64,000 nucleotides of DNA from Enoplolaimus lenunculus (taxonomy: Eukaryota), in the NCBI GenBank assembly GCA_030248215.1, contig JASANG010002092.1, positions 62,001-126,000 on the forward strand, read 5' to 3'. A program made the position numbers and the translations under genes. Under the pieces are notes generated by a model. It was not told the DNA's origin. It searched no databases and worked only from the letters and a program-made list of their open reading frames with translations. Positions 56,401 to 64,000 of the stretch are shown here, piece after piece (within the stretch, counting starts at the first letter, position 1; each line of letters opens with the position of its first letter).

Positions 56401-58357
56401 ATTTATATTATACTCGGCTTGTCAATCACAACAATGTGTATTGATCTCGCCGGCACGGAATACATTCGAAAAATACATTATATGGGACAGCATTTGGATA
56501 CGGCGAAAAGTGCGGTTGGTGATGCAATGGTCACTGGATTGCATGCTGGTCAGGATTTTGTGTCACAAGTAAAAAGGTTTTCAATTTGGAATCGTTGTAC
56601 AAAATAGGCTCTGATATCCATAATAAAAAATGTCCAACTATTTTAATAGCTAGCTAATTTATGAACATTCTCTAAAAATAATGTCCGAAATTTTAGCTAG
56701 CTATACACTGTAAATTCCAATGAGTTAATCAACTCAGACGGAAAGTTAGTTACTTCTGAATTAATAACAGCAAACTTTAACTCACTTTGAGATGAGTTGA
56801 TTCTCACTCTGAGAGTTGATTTGATTCCGGGAAATTGGTTAATTAAACCAGAATGAGTTATATCAACTCAGAATTATGAGTTTTGATAGTCCTAACTCAG
56901 ACTGAGTGATTCAACTCAGCTTGAGTTGAAATCAACTCACTGGAATTTACAGTGTAGAAATGTCTTATAAAAGCGAAAGGGCAAAAATAGTAAAAACATC
57001 ACCCTTATAAAATACAGTGGAAACTGTACGGCCAACAATGTTTAGAAACTAGAGTTTAAAATTTGTTTTAATTTTTCAAATTTTGGCGCGGAAATTTATA
57101 GGAGAAAATTTAAATATTGTCGGCAAAATACAAATTTTGGCGATTTTGGGGGGAATACAAAATTTTTTTGGGCATTCAACAGGTTTCTCAGTTTAGAAAG
57201 AAATAAGAATCAACTTTTCATTTCTTTCTACATTTTCTTTAACGCTTATTTTCGGAACAGTTCCTCGGCTGAGTTCAGAAATTCGTATTTTTCAATTGTC
57301 TGGTAGTTCGAATTCCGAAATTCGGTTTGTTTTTCAGATGAAAACAGCTGTTGCCGATGGTCGGTTACCAATGGATGTACACGCCTTAGCGTTGCTCAAA
57401 CGAGACATGGATGATCTTAGTTCTTCCGCAGATCTTGGTAAGTAGATGGAATAACCGACACATAAAACATGAATCGTTATACAGGTGTTGGCCAATGTAA
57501 AGAACAGGGGCGGAACAGTATTATAAGCATATTTCCAAACCTATGCTTAGCCTAAGCCTAAGCGTAAGAATGATTTTTCAAGTATATAATCTTTTCAGTG
57601 AAATTAAAATATTTTTAGATGAAATACTTTATCGTATGTATCCTGGAATGAAAGAAGAACGAACGGCACGCATATTGTACGAACCATTGCCTCCAGCGGT
57701 GCTTAAAATCATTAAGCCACATATCAAGGTATATAGGGTGTAACGGATAGTAAAATAACCAGAACCAAAACGAATAGTGATCAAAACAATAGAAACGGAA
57801 AACGGATATTGACGTATAAACGGTTCAATTTATGAGATATCGTGAACGATGTATCAGCATTTTCGCATGATTAATAATTGATTGAATAATTAGTAATTAT
57901 AAATGTGAAAAGTCACGCCAGAAAACCAACGGTCATGGCATTCTCATGGATTCGCAATTATCAACGCCGTAAAATACTTAAATATTATATAATGAAAACA
58001 TTTTTAATTCCTGTGTCTCAAAATGTTTAGGTTCTTCCAAATGAAATATCCGAAAGTGATGCGACTATTGTCGAGAACAAAGTATTCGAACAGCCAATAT
58101 TTGGACCAGACGGCATTCTGGCGAAACGTGCCCGAGAAGCGACCGAAGCATACGAACGACAACTACAAATACAACAACAGTATCAGCAGCAACAACTCCA
58201 GCAACAGCAGCCACAACAACCACAACTGGTGCCACAAGGTAACGGAAGACCTTCATCTGCTGAACAGCATCGTGTGATTAAACGCGGAAACGGACGAGAG
58301 TCACAAAAACCTGCCGTGTTTGTCGCACCGTTTTTACTCGATGAAACAGTTTGCTGA
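50481..58357 (+). CDS. Two-pore-domain (TWK/KCNK, K2P) potassium channel, 10 exons, about 615 aa
   Basis: Exons 50481-50729, 51068-51127, 52402-52539, 52851-53082, 53633-53901, 54743-54887 (or 54692-), 56351-56568, 57338-57437, 57619-57728, 58031-58357; GT-AG, phase-consistent, 1848 nt. M1 PHIGLIVALLVYTLLGAFLF, P1 TTIGYGN, M2 GIPLLLVTIADVGKFL, P2 ATIGFGD, M4 LSITTMCIDLAG..YIRKIHY. Exons 1-2 and 8-10 rest on splice sites and frame only. Confidence 0.92.
51200..52300. repeat. Diverged tandem repeat (about 165-190-bp unit, about 6-7 copies) in K2P intron 2
   Basis: Recurring AAATTAGGACTT, GGTTTTTGGGTGCGAGGAAT, AAACCGATAATTGA, GTTAGCTAAT blocks. Confidence 0.9.
54208..54382 (-). mobile_element. 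Dispersed repeat with internal tRNA-like Pol III promoter
   Basis: Minus strand GCTCCTATAGCTGAGTGG (A box)...GAGTTCGAATCC (B box); second copy at 48435..48600. Confidence 0.6.
54675..54772 (+). repeat. 51-bp-period tandem duplication spanning a splice acceptor
   Basis: GCGTCATTTGTTTTCAGGATGACGACATACAAATTCCTGTTTGGGTA at 54675 and 54726. Confidence 0.95.
55003..55170. mobile_element. CACTG-ended (CMC/EnSpm-like) MITE, family CACTGTAAATTCCA
   Basis: CACTGTAAATCCCAGTGAGTT...AACTCACTGGAATTTACAGTG with 2-bp CA flanks; AACTCA subterminal repeats. Confidence 0.8.
56706..56954. mobile_element. CACTG-ended MITE, family CACTGTAAATTCCA
   Basis: CACTGTAAATTCCAATGAGTT...AACTCACTGGAATTTACAGTG with 2-bp TA flanks. 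Confidence 0.8.
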
Positions 58358-59139
58358 TTTTGATTATAGTTAATATATACTTTAGATACTGAGAAACTTT
58401 AAGAGAATAATGTCCATGTATATATTTAAAGCTTTTTGAAATTATCTGAAGTTTAAAACATTGCTTTATGAACGGTTAAGACAAATATTTCTCAAATATA
58501 AGACAAATATATCTGAATATAACACAAAGATTTTCTAGAAAAACGACTCCAAAATTGGTGCCTAAATCTCAACCAAGCACCCTAATTTTACAACCTAAGA
58601 CACATCCTAGACATAAACTTAGGCTGGGGGAGCCTGAGCTGAAACTTCTCGAAACGAAAAATTTGCCTTATACATTGGCAACAGTAATTTCTTGAATATA
58701 TATGTTTAATATGTTTTAACCATTTCAGACACAAATTCCTGAGCTGTTTAAGGTTGTTATATCTGAAATACCAGACATTTATCTTGAAAATTTGAGAAAG
58801 TATAGGAGTCTTGAAATTTCAAGACAATCTTTTGTGTGTAGAGATAACGTAAAACCAGAGGCGGAGGTTGATGTTCTGAAGAAGCCAGGCCTTCAGTTCT
58901 GCGTTGGACGAGAAAAGTTTAGCGAAAAACACAGGCACACAAAACGTAAATGTTCTGATCTACTCTTAAAAGTAAGCTTTGGCACGAGTTATATATTTGT
59001 TATTGCTTGTGCCAAAACATAACGAGGTGAATGCCAACATGTAGGATTACTAAATCGCTCCTACACGAAACAAAACAGTTTCTTTAAATCACTCAAATCA
59101 TACGGTTAGTGTACATGGCATGCTGCAATGCCAAATAAA

Positions 59140-59368
59140 TGGGCCCATGTTTATTTTAAGGGGCGACCAGGTTTCTGGTGGGTCCATAAAGGAGTATAGG
59201 TTTTGATTCTACATTACATTTTTTGTTTAGGTTTAGGCTTAGGCTTAGGAACACATTTTTGCAACACTTAGGCTTAGGGTTAGGCTTAGGCTCAGGAACA
59301 CATTGCAACACTTAGGCTTAGGAATACGCTTAATCTACTGTTACGCCCCTTTAAGTAACATTGGCCAA
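59140..59368. mobile_element. MITE carrying TTAGGC repeats
   Basis: TGGGCCCATGTT..AAGGGGCGACCAG / CTGTTACGCCCCTT..AACATTGGCCAA enclosing several (TTAGGC)n runs. Confidence 0.75.
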
Positions 59369-59379
59369 TAAATGTGTAC

Positions 59380-59703
59380 CATAGTGCAACCGGAGGTGAA
59401 AAATACCGGAGCAGTAGGTCAACGAAACTTGCCGGAGCCGGAGGTGAGGCGAAATTAGGTAGTAAAAATGAAGGTTACTTAGTTAATTTTAGCCAATATC
59501 TGCAATAAGTTGTGTTGTTTGGTTTTACGTTAATTTTCTGCGAAATTTAAGAAAATTCTTTACAGAAAATTGTGGCAAAAGTAAAACGAAACGCGCTAAA
59601 CAGATAAATTTTTCAAAATTATGCTACATTTTACTACCGAAAATGCCGGAACATCCGGCAAAAATTCTATCGGAGCCGGAGTCAGTCCTCCGGTTGCACC
59701 GTG
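59380..59703. mobile_element. hAT-like MITE (CAGGGTGCAACCGG family)
   Basis: CATAGTGCAACCGGAGG...CCTCCGGTTGCACCGTG; perfect 8-bp TSD ATGTGTAC. Confidence 0.88.
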
Positions 59704-59879
59704 ATGTGTACTAACCCTTTAGTAACATTAAATGTGGAAGGAAGGGTACTGTCTTGAGAATAAAACATTTGTTTTAGCCAATCAGACACGAATTTCTTAG
59801 TGTAAAGTAAAAGACTATAATGTCAATTTAAGAAACAAGGAGTCCAACGTTTTTCTGTGGGACTAGAATAGAATAAACT

Positions 59880-60014
59880 TAAGCTTTAAACTAATTTTTT
59901 TCCTTGGCTTAGCCTTAGACTTAGGATTAGGAATAAACTCATTCTTACGCTTTAGGCTTAGGCTTAGGAATATGCTTTTAATACTGTTCCGCCCCTGTTG
60001 TTTACATTGGCCAA
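59880..60014. mobile_element. Partial TTAGGC-bearing MITE
   Basis: TTAGGCTTAGGCTTAGGAATATGC..CTGTTCCGCCCCTGTTGTTTACATTGGCCAA; reverse homolog of 46184 and 57488. Confidence 0.7.
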
Positions 60015-60426
60015 ACTGCAAAACAATTTTTTGTGTATACTAACCTATATGTAAGTACGATAGTGCGGAAAACTGTTTCCTTAATGGTATCTGAATTTTC
60101 TAGATGGATGCCTTAATGCTTGACATCTGGTTTCTCATTCCTACTTCTTTTTAACTACTATATAGCACACATTTTGAAAACACTTTCTAGAAAAGAAAAC
60201 TTAAAATTAAGCATGAACATAGCATATCATGGCGAAACAAAAGGCACATAACTGGTGCAAAATAAAATTAAACAGTTAACATGCAATAACGCCGGAATAT
60301 TAAATAAATAAAATTTAAATTTCTTCACGACCACTATCATAGACTGGTATCTACCTTAAATATATAACCTAATATATCTAGCGATAGGACATGCAATGCG
60401 CATCGCCAGAGCGCCGTATCCAACCA

Positions 60427-60700
60427 CACTGTAAATTTCAGTGAGCTGACTTTAACTCAGAATGAGTTGAGTCACTCAGTCTGAGTTAGGACTATGAGAA
60501 CTCAGAATTTTCAGTTGATTCAATTCTTTGTGAGTTATTTAACCAACTCATCCAGAGTCAACTCAACTCAGATTGAGAATCAAATCAACTCAGAGTGAGA
60601 ATTAACTCAACTGAGAGTGAGTTAACGTTTAGTGAAATTCATTCACAAATAACCAACTCGCTAGCTAAATCGAGTAATCAACTCATTGGAATTTACAATG
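60427..60700. mobile_element. CACTG-ended MITE, family CACTGTAAATTCCA
   Basis: Inverted homolog of 56706..56954; a further degraded copy at about 60795..60998. Confidence 0.75.
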
Positions 60701-61116
60701 ATTCCTTACCGAATTAGAGTTGTTACAAACGTCTCTAATATGTAAGACACGATTGCCCTTCAAATTGCATGAATATATGTATACCGATCATATCGCTCAA
60801 AATTCCAGTGAGTTGATTTTAACTCAGAATGAACTGAATCCGTACAGAAACCTGAACTCTGAATTCGGTCTTTCAGAACTCAGAATTAATTGAATCTATT
60901 CTGAGTTAAACTAACCCGGAATAACTCAGAAATAACCGCAAAATGACTAATTCACTCCCTGAATGGTTTAAAATCAACTATAATCGGATTTTACAGTGTA
61001 AAGTTTATAAACGTATCACCAACTAGTGACAAATACGGCACACAGCTGAGAACACCAAGAGACACGTGCCTACTAATTAAAGCTTAGGAAACAAAAATCC
61101 CCGACTATATTTCCTG

Positions 61117-61370
61117 CTATAAATCATCCCGAGAATGTTGGTCAGCTGCTATTTTTCCACTGTTGTCTTCTAATTGTCCTTCCACCGTCGTTTCTTTTTC
61201 AACAGAATGAGTCGAATCCTCCAAATTCTGCTCGATTAGTTCACGGTCAGACGTCGCGTCTGTATCGCCGAGATCAGCTATCGAATGAGGTCTCGTTTGC
61301 TCGTCGGTGATTGGTTGATTTGGCTCGGTGTCGTCGATCGTCGAGTATGTTGCTGTTTCATTGGTCTCTT
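61117..61370 (-). CDS. Probable terminal exon of a convergent gene: acidic tail ending ..QHSRDDL* (KDEL-like)
   Basis: Acceptor GTTATTTTAG precedes 61370 on the minus strand; about 84 open, D/E/T-rich codons to TAG; upstream exons not identified. Confidence 0.6.
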
Positions 61371-61640
61371 CTAAAATAACACTCCTGTCACATTGGTTTG
61401 AAATCGCTACTACAAGCAAGCATGCTCGATAGAGTTGCACACAGCAGTCAGGGCCGTAACCAGAATTCCGTTTTGGTGAAATACGTATAATATCTAAACT
61501 TTGCCGAGCGAGTGTGAATACTTTCTAGATTCCATAATCAATAATATTACCTTAAAGTCTGTTGCAATATTTTGTCTTCAGAAATTCCATGTGAAAATAT
61601 ATCTATCTTATCTGCTTTATATCATCTCCTGACAGCAGTG

Positions 61641-61872
61641 CACTGCAAAAAATGGTAAGTCAAATTGACTCTCTCCGAAATAGGCTCTATGGGACTCTCT
61701 CCGAAATAGGCTCTATGGGACTACTCAAACTGAGTCATATTCGACTCCGCCAGTCAAACGTGCGACTCAGTGAGTCGAATTTGTCTCTGGCGCAGTCGAA
61801 TTTGATTCAGTTTGTGTAGTCCCGTAGAGCCTATTTCGGAGACAGTCAATTGACTCACCATTTTTTGCAGTG
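61641..61872. mobile_element. CACTG-ended MITE, family CACTGCAAAAA
   Basis: CACTGCAAAAAATGGT...ACCATTTTTTGCAGTG; internal 26-bp duplication; homologous to 35903..36112. Confidence 0.8.
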
Positions 61873-64000
61873 TATAAGATGTATAAAGACGCATGCAGTT
61901 ATACACACTACTATTTGCTAAAACTGAATACGTCAAAACAAAAAATAAATCTATACTGTATTCGCTATTAATACTTTCAACACAACAAAAATAAACTTAT
62001 ACACGAAGAAAACCAGGTGTAGCGCTCGTGTCCTGGTCCATGGTGTTTCAAATCGGAGTTCTCGCACTCCCACAATAACCCCAATTGACACCTCTGACTT
62101 TTTTCCACCACCCCGCAAACACAAATAATGTACAATTTTTTGAACTTTATACACACATAAACAGTTTAATTTTTGCTCGATTCTGAACGGAGATTCGGCT
62201 AAAATTTGTGATTCGGATTCGGATTCGGTTGTGAAAAAGCCGAATCTAACAATGTTCGGCAACATATTTTTTCAATTTTAAACAATAAATATTTTAAATA
62301 ACTTTTTATATTAATAAAACAAATTTCTCTTTGAGGTCAGGAATCTCAAAACTGAGATGACGTACGAAAAGTATTAAAAATTTATGCGGCTGGCATTGCG
62401 CTGACATTCTGAAACAAATTATAGATATAACTGAAATTTGCAACATGCAAGATTCGGATTCCGATTTGATTTTGGCAAATTTGCAATGAAGTTGGATTGG
62501 TTCAAATCGCAGATTCGATGTTACCTTGATGCATGCACTTAAAACACCACAAAATCATATTGGCGCATGCACGAAAAAGCATTTGGGTTCATTTGTCGTA
62601 TTGTTCCCCGAAAGAGTCGGAATTTAAATTTTGACCTCCTTCTAATGCAAATCACAACAAGCTCATAAATGAAAAAAATTGAAATGCCACCGTTATTGCC
62701 CAAACGCCGACTAAGAACATACCATACGATTCCAGCATTCAACCTGTTACGTAATACTGCAAATGTATTCTAGTGTTTGCGACATGTTTAGTGAAAACCC
62801 TATATCATATGCAAGTTTTTCTAACCAGAAAATAGGACATCAGCAATATATACATCACAGTTTACGATCTCCTATTTTTATTAAAACATCAACAAAAGTT
62901 TATAATAAAGCATAATCAGTAATACACTTTCAGTTAAACCAATCGTAAACAATACACAAATCAGGCTGAATTTCAAGGTACTCACCGCTGATCTACAGTA
63001 CCTAACCTATAATATTAAAGCTGGAACACGCCACATACGTATTTTGGGCAGCGCTCCCAAGCGGTTGTTTACAAACTTTTACATACGTACGTATGCCAAT
63101 CAATTAAATAGCAAAAATATGACATGGTTTGCATTTATGCGTTGTTAGATCTATGAACCTGATATGCTTCCTTAGATTGTTCTGTATATTTAAGGTTGCA
63201 AATTTGAAACCACGTTGACTAGTACAAATAATACGTCTACTATACGTAATTTGGACATCGTTTCAGCTAATTAAATACCATCTACACAAACTTTATAAGA
63301 ACGTTGCCAGCCACAACGGCTGTATTGTTTCCAAAATGTTGATGCTGCAAATACTGCAAGTTGCAACTGTTTCAGCTAAATTATGACAAAACCTCACAGT
63401 TGATACAATATAAATTTTATACTCGATCAGTATATTATTTCTTTGCTATCTTTGCAGCACAACTGTAGGAAGCGAAATTATAGTTTCCGTCGCTATCCAA
63501 CACTCCAAACAAACATACGACTTATAAGCATCCGAATCAGAATTATATCTTCCCATACGAACCAAAATAGAATTTCTGCCAAAGCAGAAATCACAATTCG
63601 ACATGATTCTCAATGCCGAATTACAAATTTACTGTTTACAAAACTACCAAAACATGTGTTATGCGAATTGTTACCGAAGGCATGGCTCATGTATCGAATA
63701 GGGCCGGAACGTTTACCTACAGGACTGTTACAATGTAAGCTCAAGCTTTAGACTATTTTTTGCTTATAAGTATAAGCTCATCCTTACGCTTAGGGATATG
63801 CTTATACCACTGATCCGGTTCTGTTCTATACATTGGCCGATGGCATGATCGCCAATGCAAAATCAAACACCGAATTTTTAATCCCAGTAGAACCCTGATA
63901 AATATATAAACATCAATATATATAATTCATATTGTTAATCTTTTAACCTATCGTAAATTTAATTTTAAGCCCCGGTTAGAATACCTGTTCATATATAACG

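Noticed and set aside
58023..58277. N-rich ORF and its antisense V-rich ORF
   Set aside because: Shadow frames of the Q-rich K2P last exon
59220..59330. True telomere or chromosome-fusion scar
   Set aside because: Runs are short, interrupted and enclosed by TIRs found in several dispersed copies
62539..63380. Upstream exons of the RDDL gene
   Set aside because: Several minus-strand splice-like sites exist, but I could not build a phase-consistent, recognisable reading frame

Overview
AT-rich, intron-containing eukaryotic DNA, most likely from a nematode (TTAGGC telomere-type repeats, TTTTCAG-type acceptors, a TWK channel gene). I reconstructed two complete + strand genes by hand: a 5-exon dolichol-phosphate mannosyltransferase subunit 1 (DPM1, 41242-45683, 248 aa) and a 10-exon two-pore K+ channel (TWK/KCNK, 50481-58357, about 615 aa). 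There is also the probable last exon of a convergent - strand gene ending in RDDL. The first 41 kb has no convincing host gene. It is a mosaic of non-autonomous DNA transposons (hAT-type with 8-bp TSDs, CACTG-ended, Harbinger-like, and an element with a perfect 245-bp TIR), a 5'-truncated non-LTR retrotransposon, a possible Penelope-like relic, tRNA-derived Pol III elements and many local tandem duplications. The most unusual features are a co-oriented cluster of tRNA-like heads with swapped bodies, a MITE family carrying telomere hexamers, and an in-frame duplicated splice acceptor in the K+ channel gene. No CRISPR, rRNA or prokaryotic system is visible. Coordinates were read by eye and may be off by a few bases.
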